Shown here: piece by piece, positions 1 to 8,310 of the stretch
Position numbering within the stretch: position 1 is the stretch's first letter
Layout: each line of letters opens with the position of its first letter
Virus record (IMG/VR): IMGVR_UViG_3300008255_000373
Span: 1 to 29,166 of that record
Length of the DNA stretch: 29,166 nt
Reading direction: 5' to 3' (one strand)
DNA from: a virus
Lineage: Duplodnaviria > Caudoviricetes
The notes under the pieces: generated by a model
What the model saw: only the letters and a program-made list of their open reading frames with translations
Told to the model about the DNA's origin: nothing
The model's database searches: none
Position numbers and translations under genes: made by a program

Positions 1-1087
1 ACTGGGCGACTTCCGAGAGGGTCGCGTTGTCCGCCGCGTCTTCGAGGAGCGAGGCGAAGTGGTTCAGGTGCTTCTTGTCCTCCTCGCGGAGTCGCTTGCG
101 CTCCTCGGCGGGCGAGGCGGACGCGGCGGGCGAGGAGGGCGGAGCCCAGCCCGCCTCCCGGGCGAGAGCGAGGACGGAGCGGAACGTGACCTGCTCGCCG
201 CGCCTCGTCTTCCGCCCGAAGGTTGACCACTGGTACTCGATCTGCTCCCGCCCCGGATACTTCTCCGCTGACGCGGAGGACCACGAGTCGAAGAGGTCGA
301 GCCCCGCGTCTCCGAACTGGACCTTGAGAGCCTGCCCGATGACGACCCACTGGTCATGGTCCATCGACGGGTCGAGGTGGTCGAGGATCTCCTTGGCCTT
401 TGCCTCGTCGATGTCGCTGAGGACGGACGGACCGTGCTGAAGGAACGTCTCGGCGGAGTCCGCCTGGGGGCTCTCCCCGCCGCCCGCGAGGAAGTCCCGC
501 CACGCCTCCGGAAGCTCCGCTGGCTTCGCCTTCTCTTCGTTCCACTCGTAGGTGTTCCCCGACTTGTGACGGGACGGCGGGGCGACTGCCTGGGAACCAT
601 CGCTCATGACGTCGATCCCCGTCACCGCCTTCCGGTCGAGCCCGAGGAGAGCGCGGCCAATGTGCGTAGCCTTACGGATCCGGTAGCCTTCCGGATAGCG
701 GAACAGACGGTGCGTGCCTCCGCCGCCCGAGACGAAGGAGAGCGTGGAGGGGAGAACGCCCAACCGCTTCTCCAGGCGGCGAAGGTTCGCTGGTCCGCCC
801 GAACGCGGATCAGTCTCGATATCCACGAGCCCCGTTGCCGCTCCGAACGCAATGCCGACGTTCGAGGACGGCCACTGCTCGTACCAGCAACGGATCTCCT
901 CGGCGTCCGTAGTCGCGTCATCAATCCAACCGGCGATCCGGGGATGCTTCCCGGCAGCAGGACAATCCGCGACCCCGCACGTACACAATCCCGTCTTCGT
1001 AATGGAGTGAATCGGGATCACGCGCCACCCTCGGCGGGCGTAGGAGAGGGCGGCGGAAAGGGTCGGGGAGGTCGTAGCGGTGGTCAT
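1..1087 (-). CDS. Bifunctional DNA primase/polymerase (Prim-Pol) with PriCT-2-like domain; 3'-truncated by the window edge, probably continuing into a helicase domain
   Basis: Not in the ORF track because there is no stop in the window. Manual translation from ATG 1087 (SD AGGAGA upstream): MTTATTSPTLSAALSYARRGWRVIPIHSITKTGLCTCGVADCPAAGKHPRIAGWIDDATTDAEEIRCWYEQWPSSNVGIAFGAATGLVDIETD...SGGGGTHRLFRYP...GIDVMSDGSQAVAPPSRHKSGNTYEW (Prim-Pol signatures), then DHDQWVVIGQALK...GLDLFDSWS..SAEKYPG..IEYQWSTF (PriCT-2-like). The frame is open to position 2. Confidence 0.9.
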   Translation of the reverse strand, partial: MTTATTSPTLSAALSYARRGWRVIPIHSITKTGLCTCGVADCPAAGKHPRIAGWIDDATTDAEEIRCWYEQWPSSNVGIAFGAATGLVDIETDPRSGGPANLRRLEKRLGVLPSTLSFVSGGGGTHRLFRYPEGYRIRKATHIGRALLGLDRKAVTGIDVMSDGSQAVAPPSRHKSGNTYEWNEEKAKPAELPEAWRDFLAGGGESPQADSAETFLQHGPSVLSDIDEAKAKEILDHLDPSMDHDQWVVIGQALKVQFGDAGLDLFDSWSSASAEKYPGREQIEYQWSTFGRKTRRGEQVTFRSVLALAREAGWAPPSSPAASASPAEERKRLREEDKKHLNHFASLLEDAADNATLSEVAQ

Positions 1088-1417
1088 CGAGGTTCTCCTG
1101 AATCGGGGAAAGAAGAGAGGGAAGAAGAGGGAATATTGTAGGAAAGAGCTGTTTACGTCAGCAGTCCGGGCAGTAAGTCGTATTCTTCCCCGGTTATATA
1201 GCGGGGAGAAGGTCCATAGAAAGGAGAAAGAGGGAAGTGTGGGTATTTACCGTATATTTTATACTCTTATTTCTTTATTTATATATATAATATATAATAA
1301 TAAATAAGAGTAGAAAAGAGTGGGTCTTAGATTTTTTTTCTATATAGGCCGATTTCGCCCGAAGAAAGGAGGGGAAGAAGGGAAGAGGTCGTGAATGACT
1401 CGTAGCTTCTATGAATC
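1088..1417. promoter_or_regulatory. Divergent intergenic control region; candidate replication origin and/or packaging site and late promoter
   Basis: 1261-1320 has only 8 G/C in 60 nt in an otherwise ~65% GC sequence. There is an 11-bp inverted repeat (1262-1272/1302-1312) and pure-purine tracts at 1105-1133, 1218-1237 and 1361-1388. The region lies between the divergent primase and terS genes. Confidence 0.55.
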
Positions 1418-1894
1418 ATGAAACTCGATAGCCTCGTGGATGTGAGCTCGAAGAAGCGACCCTGTCCCATATCCAAAGCCGATGTCGCGGCCATCGTCGC
1501 GGATGTCTCAAGAGGCGTCCCGTGGAAGGTCGCGGCGACGGCTCGCGGACTCCCGAGAGCCTCTTTGACGGAATGGCTCAGGCTCGGTCGGACGATGCAC
1601 AAGGCGATGATTGAGAATGGAGCCTTCCCCGAGAGGACCGGACCGCTGGAGTGGACACTCTACGAACTCGCGGTTGGGATCGACAAGGCGCACGCCGAGT
1701 TCGTCCGGAGGCAGGCCCTCAAGATCGGAGCCGGGGCGAAGAAGTCCGTGGAGTGGGCGTCATGGGTTCTTGAGAAGCGTGCGACTCGCGACTATGGCGA
1801 GGCGGAGGAGGTCGATGGGGCCTCGCCGCTCTCGACCGGACCGCGCATTCAGATCTACGCTCCGGTGAACGCTCGCGGACACGCCAATGGATGA
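1418..1894 (+). CDS. Putative terminase small subunit (HTH)
   Basis: 158 aa, directly upstream of and overlapping terL. Has an HTH-like segment VPWKVAATARGLPRASLTEWLRLG and a WASWVLEKR motif typical of HTH-type TerS. Confidence 0.7.
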   Translation: MKLDSLVDVSSKKRPCPISKADVAAIVADVSRGVPWKVAATARGLPRASLTEWLRLGRTMHKAMIENGAFPERTGPLEWTLYELAVGIDKAHAEFVRRQALKIGAGAKKSVEWASWVLEKRATRDYGEAEEVDGASPLSTGPRIQIYAPVNARGHANG

Positions 1895-3248
1895 GGTCAT
1901 AGAGATCCGCCCGCACGGCGGTCCCCAAGAACGGTTCCTGGCTTGTGACGCTGACCTCGGGTTCTACGGAGGCGGGGCGGGCGGCGGGAAGACATGGGCT
2001 CTCCTCTTCGATCAGGCGCGGTGGGCTTCGACCGTCGCGGGCTTCGCGGGCGTTGTCTTCCGCCGAACCTACCCGGAGATCATGAACCCGGGCGGGCTCT
2101 GGGACGAGTCGGAGAAGCTGTTGCCGTACTTCGGAGCGACCCCAACCCGCTCCGCGCAGAAGTGGACGTGGCCGAACGGTTCGTGGATCAAGTTCTCCCA
2201 CCTCCAGTACGACAACGATGTCCACAAGTGGCAAGGCGCGCAGCTGGCGGCCATCGCCTTCGATGAGCTCACGCACTTCTCCCAGGCCCAGTTCTTCTAC
2301 CTCCTCTCCCGCCTCCGCTCGCGATGCGGCGTCCGCCCCTATATCCGAGGAACGTGCAACCCGGATCCTACGTCCTGGCTCGCGGAGTTCCTCTCGCCCT
2401 GGATCGACAAGGACGGATTCCCGAAGCACGAGGTCAAGCGACTCTATATGGGGCGGGTCGGCGGACGGATCCTCTGGGAAGAGGAGCGACCGCCGCCCGG
2501 GGAGATCGCCTACAAGTCGGTCGAGTTCATCCCCGCGAAGGTCCAGGACAACCCCTCGCTGCTCCTCGACAACCCCGAGTACGTGGACACGCTGAAGTCC
2601 CTGAACCTCGTGGACCGTGCGCGGCTCCTCGACGGCAACTGGAAGATCCGGGCGGTCAGCGGGACGTTCTTCAAGCGTGGTTGGTTCAAGTGGCTACCGA
2701 CCCGCCCCGCCGACAAGAACATCCGCTGGGTACGCTACTGGGACCGTGCGGCGACCGAGGTGAGCGAGAACAACACCGACCCGGACTGGACGCGTGGCGC
2801 GCTCCTCGGGCTCGACGGGAAGCGCGTGATCATCGCGGACATCACGGGGCTTCGCGGACCGCCCGGGGAAGTTCGCCGCCATATCCGTGCGACCGCTGAG
2901 ATGGACGGGACGGACGTTGAGGTTGCGCTGGAGCAGGATCCCGGTCAGGCGGGCGTGGTCGATGTCGATCAGCTCACCTCCGATCTCGCGGGCTTCGCGG
3001 TCCACCGCGTCCTTCCCCACGGCCACAAGGCGGACCGCGCCAAGCCGATCTCCGCGCAGTGCGAGGCGGGCAACGTCGCCCTCGTCCGTGGCGAGTGGAA
3101 CGAAGAGTTCATGAAGGAGGCTGAGGGCTTCCTCGACAATCGCGAGACGAAGGAACCTCAAGGCTATCATGACGACCAGATCGACTCCGTGAGCGGAGGA
3201 TATACCTTCCTCGCAGGCGTCCCAACTCCGAGGATACGAGTGCTATGA
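1887..3248 (+). CDS. terL: Terminase large subunit
   Basis: PHGGPQ adenine-binding motif, Walker A YGGGAGGGKT, Walker B AFDELTHF, coupling motif TCNP, and nuclease motifs YWDRAAT and HDDQIDS. Confidence 0.96.
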   Translation: MDEVIEIRPHGGPQERFLACDADLGFYGGGAGGGKTWALLFDQARWASTVAGFAGVVFRRTYPEIMNPGGLWDESEKLLPYFGATPTRSAQKWTWPNGSWIKFSHLQYDNDVHKWQGAQLAAIAFDELTHFSQAQFFYLLSRLRSRCGVRPYIRGTCNPDPTSWLAEFLSPWIDKDGFPKHEVKRLYMGRVGGRILWEEERPPPGEIAYKSVEFIPAKVQDNPSLLLDNPEYVDTLKSLNLVDRARLLDGNWKIRAVSGTFFKRGWFKWLPTRPADKNIRWVRYWDRAATEVSENNTDPDWTRGALLGLDGKRVIIADITGLRGPPGEVRRHIRATAEMDGTDVEVALEQDPGQAGVVDVDQLTSDLAGFAVHRVLPHGHKADRAKPISAQCEAGNVALVRGEWNEEFMKEAEGFLDNRETKEPQGYHDDQIDSVSGGYTFLAGVPTPRIRVL

Positions 3249-4852
3249 GCAACCGATTCACCAACGCCCTTCGCGCTCTCTTCGGAGCGCAGGTCAAGAT
3301 CAGCGGCACTGCCCCCTACGTCATGCTCCAGTTCACGGGGCAGTCGGAAGGGATCGCAACGCGGCGGAACTTCGCCCAGTACGCTGAGGAGGCGTACCGC
3401 AAGAACGTCATCGCCTATCGAGCGATCAGCGTTGTCGCCCGAGGTGCCGCGTTCATCCCCTTGGTCGTGAAGCTCGGGGAACGGGACGCTCCGCCGAACC
3501 ATCCGCTGTGTAAGCTCCTCCGCCGACCGAACCCGTGGCAGGGCGGGGCGTCCTTCTTCGAGTCGGTGGTGGCGTACTATCTCCTCAGCGGCAACACCTA
3601 CATCGAGGGCGTGGGACCGGACAACGCCCCGCCGATTGAACTCTACTCGCTCCGCCCGGACCGCATGCGCGTTGTCCCCGGGGCGGTCGGCATCGCTGGC
3701 TACCTCTACGAAGTCAACGGACAGAAGAAGCGCTGGGCGGCGGATCCGATCACGGGCCAGTCTCCTATCCTCCACCTCAAGTCGTTCAATCCTCTTGATG
3801 ATATCTACGGCATGAGCGCGGTCGAGGCGGCAGCGTACTCAGTCGATCAGCACAACGAGGCGGGGAAGTGGAACCAGTCGCTGCTACAGAACGCTGCGCG
3901 ACCGTCCGGAGCTATGGTCTATAGCGGGACGTCCTCGATGAGTGATAAGCAGTTCGAGAGGATGAAGCAGGAGCTCAACTCCGCCATGGAGGGTTCGGCC
4001 AACGCGGGGCGTCCGCTTATCCTTGACGGCGGGCTCGACTGGAAGCAGATGTCGCTCACGCCCGCTGAGATGGATTGGATCAACGGCAAGCACGTCTCCG
4101 CTCGCGAGATCGCCTTGGCCTTCGGAGTCGCCCCGCAGCTACTCGGTATCCCCGGTGACTCGACGTACTCGAACTACCAGGAGGCGCGCCAGAGCCTCTA
4201 CGAAGACACGATCATCCCGCTGTTCGATTCGCACCTGGACGGGTTCAACGCGTGGCTCGGCCCTGTGTTCGGAGAGGACGTCCGCGTTGAGATGAACGTT
4301 GACGATATTCCCGCGATGGCGCCCAAGCGTGCCGCTAGGTGGACCGCTGTACAGAACGCGACGTGGATGACGATCAACGAGAAGCGCGAGGCAACGGGCT
4401 TCGAGCCGTCAAAGAGTCCGGAGGCGGATGAGATCTTCATTCCGTCCGGGCTCCTCCCGCTCGCGGGCTCGATGGAAGAACCGGATACGGACGAGGGCGA
4501 GGAGCACGAGGAAGCCGAGAGCGAGAAGCCCGAGAGCGAGAAGCCCGAGGACGAGAAGCCCGAGAGCGAGAAGCCCGAGGGCGACGTCATCGAAGCCCCG
4601 GTCAACGAAGTCCAGACCACGGCTCTCAATGGCGCGCAGATCCAAGCCCTCGCCTCGATCATCGAGCAGGTCACGACCGGGGCGATGAGCGCGGAGGTCG
4701 CTGAGGCTCTGATCCGCATCGCCTTCCCGGCGGTCGCGGACAGCGCGGTTGCTATGCTTCTGGCGGCTCTCGCGAAGGCTCCGAAGAAGCCCGCCGCGAA
4801 GCCCGTGGGCGAGCCCGAGGACGAGGAGGACGAGGAGGACGAGGAGGAATGA
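3245..4852 (+). CDS. HK97-family portal protein with acidic C-terminal extension
   Basis: Motifs HPLCKLLRRPNPWQ, GNTYI, LYSLRPDRM, ILHLKSFNPLDDIYGMSAV, NAARPSG, IALAFGVAPQLLG, TYSNYQEA, MTINEKREATG. ATGA overlap with terL. Confidence 0.95.
   Translation: MSNRFTNALRALFGAQVKISGTAPYVMLQFTGQSEGIATRRNFAQYAEEAYRKNVIAYRAISVVARGAAFIPLVVKLGERDAPPNHPLCKLLRRPNPWQGGASFFESVVAYYLLSGNTYIEGVGPDNAPPIELYSLRPDRMRVVPGAVGIAGYLYEVNGQKKRWAADPITGQSPILHLKSFNPLDDIYGMSAVEAAAYSVDQHNEAGKWNQSLLQNAARPSGAMVYSGTSSMSDKQFERMKQELNSAMEGSANAGRPLILDGGLDWKQMSLTPAEMDWINGKHVSAREIALAFGVAPQLLGIPGDSTYSNYQEARQSLYEDTIIPLFDSHLDGFNAWLGPVFGEDVRVEMNVDDIPAMAPKRAARWTAVQNATWMTINEKREATGFEPSKSPEADEIFIPSGLLPLAGSMEEPDTDEGEEHEEAESEKPESEKPEDEKPESEKPEGDVIEAPVNEVQTTALNGAQIQALASIIEQVTTGAMSAEVAEALIRIAFPAVADSAVAMLLAALAKAPKKPAAKPVGEPEDEEDEEDEEE
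4517..4576 (+). repeat. Coding tandem repeat, 4 x 15 bp (GAGAGCGAGAAGCCC; third copy GAGGACGAGAAGCCC) encoding ESEKP/EDEKP
   Basis: Read directly from the sequence within the portal C-terminal linker. Confidence 0.95.
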
Positions 4853-4930
4853 ACTGCCCGTGCTGCGGCCTGTCCCGAGACGATGGCGGCGGGCGATGCG
4901 CTCGCTGCGGAACCGATATGGAGGACGATC

Positions 4931-5698
4931 ATGATCAATCTCAAGTCCGCCGCGTCCCGTCGAGCGGAGGCGCGGTCCCAGCTCAGGATGATCGAGGTGA
5001 TCGAGCGGAGGATGGCGCCACGGTTCGCGGCGGAGTTCCTACGGGCGACGAAGGCGGCAGCGTCAGCCTATCCGAACTGGAAGCCGACGTTGGAGGAGCA
5101 CAAACGGAATATGCTCCGACTACTGCGCGAAGAAGGCGAACGGGCGGCAAGGGTCGCGGCAGAAAGAACGCGAGGCGCAATCAAGAAGGCGATGCCCTGG
5201 TGCCTCGAAAGAAAGGCAGACACTGAAGACCAACTCGTGCGGCGGATCGTCCGCTGGGCGAAGAGGAACGCGGCGAAGAAGGTCACCGGGGTCGCCAACA
5301 CGACCCGCAAGCGGATCGCCAACGCGGTCGCCCGAGGGATCGGCAAGGAGGAGTCGTCAGCGCAGATCGCTCGACGGATCCGCGATGAGGTCGAGCCAAT
5401 GTCCTACTCGCGGGCTCGGACCATCGCCCGTACCGAGTCGCATCAGAGCGCGATGACGGGTCAGCAGGAGGCGGCGGAGGTGACGGCGGAGGAGCTTGGG
5501 CTCACGATGAAGAAGGAGTGGATGGCGACGATTGACGACCGGACCCGCGAGAGCCATTCAGCGGCGGACGGTCAGATGGTCCCGCTCGACGATTCGTTCA
5601 CGGTCGGCGGAGCAGATCTCCGCTACCCAGGCGACCCGGGCGGACCCGCCGAGGAGGTTATCAACTGCCGCTGTGTCGTAGGATACGAAGCGAAGTGA
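4931..5698 (+). CDS. Minor head / head morphogenesis protein (SPP1 gp7 / Mu gpF family)
   Basis: RARTIARTESH, KKEWMATIDDRTRESH, LRYPGDP..AEEVINCRC. Start moved from 4883 to ATG 4931, which has a GGAGG SD. Confidence 0.92.
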   Translation: MINLKSAASRRAEARSQLRMIEVIERRMAPRFAAEFLRATKAAASAYPNWKPTLEEHKRNMLRLLREEGERAARVAAERTRGAIKKAMPWCLERKADTEDQLVRRIVRWAKRNAAKKVTGVANTTRKRIANAVARGIGKEESSAQIARRIRDEVEPMSYSRARTIARTESHQSAMTGQQEAAEVTAEELGLTMKKEWMATIDDRTRESHSAADGQMVPLDDSFTVGGADLRYPGDPGGPAEEVINCRCVVGYEAK

Positions 5699-6441
5699 CG
5701 GAGTATATCGAGGCGGTCCTAGATTTGAAATCCCCTCACGCTAGACTCGACCCCGTCATGGGACACCTCATCGTTCCTTTCCTCGAAGTCAAAGAAGACG
5801 CCTCCACTCCGGGACGCTTCAAAGGCTACGGTTCAACGTTCGGCAACGTCGATCTCGGCAAAGACATTTGCGCCAAGGGCTGCTTCAAGCGGACCCTGGA
5901 GGAGCACTCGAAGGGCGGGACGCTCCCCGCGATGTATTGGATGCACGATAGGAAGGAGCCGATTGGTGACTGGCTCGACGTCCGCGAGGACTCGCGTGGA
6001 CTCGTAGTCGAGGGCCAGCTGTGGCTGGAAGCCGGGATCGAGAACGCGAAGAAGGCGTACATGATGATGAAGGGAACGGGACCGAAGGGCATGTCCATCG
6101 GATACTCGACCCGCAAAGCGGAGTACGATGACAAGAAAGGGACGCGGACCCTTCTGGACGTCGATCTCCCCGAAGTGTCCATCGTGGGCTACGGGATGAA
6201 CCCGAAGGCTCTGGTGACCTCGATCAAGTCTCACCTCGCTGACGGCATCGTTCCGACCGTTCGCGATTTGGAAGCCCTACTGCGGGATGCGGGGCTGTCC
6301 GAGAAGATGGCGAAGACGCTGCTGGCGAAAGGCTATGACGGACTGCGCCGAGATGGGGCAGACGAAGACGCCAAGGCCAACGCGGAAGCGCTGAAGGCTC
6401 TCCGGAACATCCACCGCCTCTTCCTCGCGGACGAGTGCTGA
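5695..6441 (+). CDS. HK97-family prohead protease
   Basis: FKGYGSTFGNVDLGKDICAKGCF, MYWMHD...PIG, GMSIGY, LPEVSIV..GMNPKA. Alternative start at ATG 5758. Confidence 0.93.
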   Translation: MTEYIEAVLDLKSPHARLDPVMGHLIVPFLEVKEDASTPGRFKGYGSTFGNVDLGKDICAKGCFKRTLEEHSKGGTLPAMYWMHDRKEPIGDWLDVREDSRGLVVEGQLWLEAGIENAKKAYMMMKGTGPKGMSIGYSTRKAEYDDKKGTRTLLDVDLPEVSIVGYGMNPKALVTSIKSHLADGIVPTVRDLEALLRDAGLSEKMAKTLLAKGYDGLRRDGADEDAKANAEALKALRNIHRLFLADEC

Positions 6442-6475
6442 CCACTACCAACCTCCCCAACGAAGGATTCCGACC

Positions 6476-7732
6476 ATGACCCTCGAACTCAAAGAGTTCA
6501 CCGACCAGTTCCAGAAGGACTGGGCCGACTTCAAGAAGACCAACAACGAACTGATCAAGGCGAAGGCGGACGGCAAAGCCGTCGCTGACCTCGAAGAGAA
6601 GATCGTCAAGCTCAACTCCGCTCTCGACAAGCACAGCGAGACGAGCGAGAAGCTCGCCAAGCTGGAGACGGCGCTGAAGCGTCTCCCCGCTCTCGGCAAC
6701 CCCGAGGAGAAGTCCCCGGAGCACGCCGAACACAAGGCTGGCTTCCTCAAGTTCGTCCGCAAGGGCATCGACGATGGCCTGGCCGAACTCCAGACCAAGG
6801 CCCTGTCGGTCAACGATGATACCTCGGGTGGCTTCATGGTCCACGCGGACCTGAGCGGTCGGATCATCAAGCGCATCTTCGAGACGTCGCCCATCCGCTC
6901 CTACGCCAACGTCCAGTCGATCTCGACGGACGCCCTGGAAGGTCCGGTCGATACCGACGAGGCGAGCACTGGCTGGGTGGGCGAGGCGGGCGTGCGCCCG
7001 CAGACCAACACCCCGAAGATCGGCATGTGGCGGATCCCGACCCATGAGCTGTACGCCATGCCGGCGGCGACCCAGAAGCTCCTCGACGATGCGGCCTGGA
7101 ACCCCGAGGAGTGGCTTGCCGCGAAGCTCGCGGACAAGTTCGCCCGCGTGGAGAACACCGCCTTTGTTCTCGGTGATGGCGTCAATCAGCCTCGCGGCTT
7201 CCTGACCTATCCCACCGTGGCCGAAGACGCGACCCTGAACTTCACAGCGCTGAAGAAGATCGGCAAGATCAAGACCGGGACCGCTGACGACTTCGCTCCG
7301 GTTCCCGCCGCTGGTACCGATCCCGCCCAGGCCGACTCGCTGATCAACCTCGTGTACTCGATGAAGACCCAGTACCGGGATATGCCCGGCTCTGCCTTCG
7401 CGATGCACCGCACCACGGTGGGTCGGGTCCGTCGCCTCCGCGACAACCTCGGCAACTACCTCTGGATGCCGGGGCTCGGGGCTTCGCCCTCGACCGTCCT
7501 GGGCTACCCCATCGCGGAGTTCAACGACATGCCCAAGCTGGGTGACGCGAACAAGTACGCGGTCGCCTTCGCGAACTGGCGCGAGTTCTACCAGATCGTG
7601 GACCGCATCGGCATCCGCGTCCTCCGCGACCCGTACACCTCCAAGCCCTTCGTCCTGTTCTACTCGACGAAGCGGACTGGCGGCGACGTCCTGAACTTCG
7701 AGGCGTGCAAGCTCCTTGAGTTCGCTGCCTGA
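6476..7732 (+). CDS. HK97-fold major capsid protein with N-terminal delta (scaffold) domain
   Basis: Helical charged N-terminus, then SGGFMV, ATQKLLDDA, AFVLGDGVNQPRGFL, LRDNLGNYLWMPG, VDRIGIRVLRDPYTSKPFVLFYSTKRTGG. Confidence 0.97.
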   Translation: MTLELKEFTDQFQKDWADFKKTNNELIKAKADGKAVADLEEKIVKLNSALDKHSETSEKLAKLETALKRLPALGNPEEKSPEHAEHKAGFLKFVRKGIDDGLAELQTKALSVNDDTSGGFMVHADLSGRIIKRIFETSPIRSYANVQSISTDALEGPVDTDEASTGWVGEAGVRPQTNTPKIGMWRIPTHELYAMPAATQKLLDDAAWNPEEWLAAKLADKFARVENTAFVLGDGVNQPRGFLTYPTVAEDATLNFTALKKIGKIKTGTADDFAPVPAAGTDPAQADSLINLVYSMKTQYRDMPGSAFAMHRTTVGRVRRLRDNLGNYLWMPGLGASPSTVLGYPIAEFNDMPKLGDANKYAVAFANWREFYQIVDRIGIRVLRDPYTSKPFVLFYSTKRTGGDVLNFEACKLLEFAA

Positions 7733-7737
7733 TCGTA

Positions 7738-7781
7738 GGACGGGCGGGAGTCTCTAGGCTCCCGCCCGTCCGCTGCTCTTT
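7738..7781 (+). terminator. Strong hairpin after the capsid gene; probable intrinsic terminator or attenuator
   Basis: GGACGGGCGGGAG (7738-7750) pairs perfectly with CTCCCGCCCGTCC (7759-7771), followed by a weak T tract (CTCTTT). Confidence 0.7.
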
Positions 7782-7852
7782 CACTCTCCCTCCCCGCCGA
7801 CTCCGCAAGAGGTCGGCATCACTCACCCCCTACCCTACAAGGGAATCTTTCA

Positions 7853-8242
7853 ATGCCCAACCGCGAAGAGATCCACATCTGCGTCGAGAAGCTCCTGGTC
7901 GCCACGACCGCCGCTGCCGATGCGACTCCCGTCAACTCGACCGCTCTGGACACCCAGGGCTTCGACTCCGCCCACTTCAACCTCCACATTGGCGCCGTCT
8001 TCGATGGCGCGATGACCTACAAGGTTCAGGAGTCGGAGGACAACGTCACCTTCACCGATGCCGTCGCCGCCGAGGTCATCGATGACGGCTCCGCCCTCGT
8101 CGCGAGCAAGACCAAGCGGGTCGCCTACGTCGGCTCCCAGCGCTACGCTCGCATCCAGGTCACCCCGGTCGCCCTCGACGTCTATACCGTCACGGGCCAC
8201 ATGGGCTACGCTGCCCAGAAGCCGACCGACAACCCCGCCTGA
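7853..8242 (+). CDS. Putative capsid decoration/cement protein
   Basis: Immediately follows the major capsid gene. Beta-rich 129 aa with a LDTQGFDS...KVQESED..FTD...AYVGSQRYAR pattern seen in post-capsid genes. Confidence 0.6.
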   Translation: MPNREEIHICVEKLLVATTAAADATPVNSTALDTQGFDSAHFNLHIGAVFDGAMTYKVQESEDNVTFTDAVAAEVIDDGSALVASKTKRVAYVGSQRYARIQVTPVALDVYTVTGHMGYAAQKPTDNPA

Positions 8243-8257
8243 TCGGTCGTTCCTCTC

Positions 8258-8279
8258 CCTCCCTCGTCCGCGAGGGAGG
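8258..8279 (+). terminator. 9-bp hairpin with TCCG loop in an intergenic gap
   Basis: CCTCCCTCG-TCCG-CGAGGGAGG. There is no downstream U tract, so a terminator role is uncertain. Confidence 0.4.
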
Positions 8280-8310
8280 ATGAGCAACGACCTACCTGGA
8301 GGACTCCTCG

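Noticed and set aside
27-1141. Track ORFs 27..440, 64..600, 356..1141, 622..924 and 714..1010
   Set aside because: These are Arg/Ser/Pro-rich shadow frames of the real - strand Prim-Pol gene (1087 to <1).
1080-1307. 75-aa + ORF with a hydrophobic C-terminus
   Set aside because: The apparent TM segment is a translation of the AT-rich palindrome. There is no SD, and it overlaps the primase start.
1262-1312. AT-rich palindrome as a protelomerase (tel) site
   Set aside because: The centre is not a perfect palindrome, and no protelomerase gene is visible in the window.
4517-4576. 15-bp repeats as a CRISPR-like array
   Set aside because: The repeats are contiguous, have no spacers and are in-frame coding repeats in the portal gene. 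No CRISPR array was seen in the window.
1323-5726. GGTCyTAGATTT shared upstream of terS (1323-1334) and near the protease start (5715-5726) as a possible late promoter
   Set aside because: A 12-mer with one mismatch in two copies is expected by chance at this sequence length, and no second conserved box is shared.
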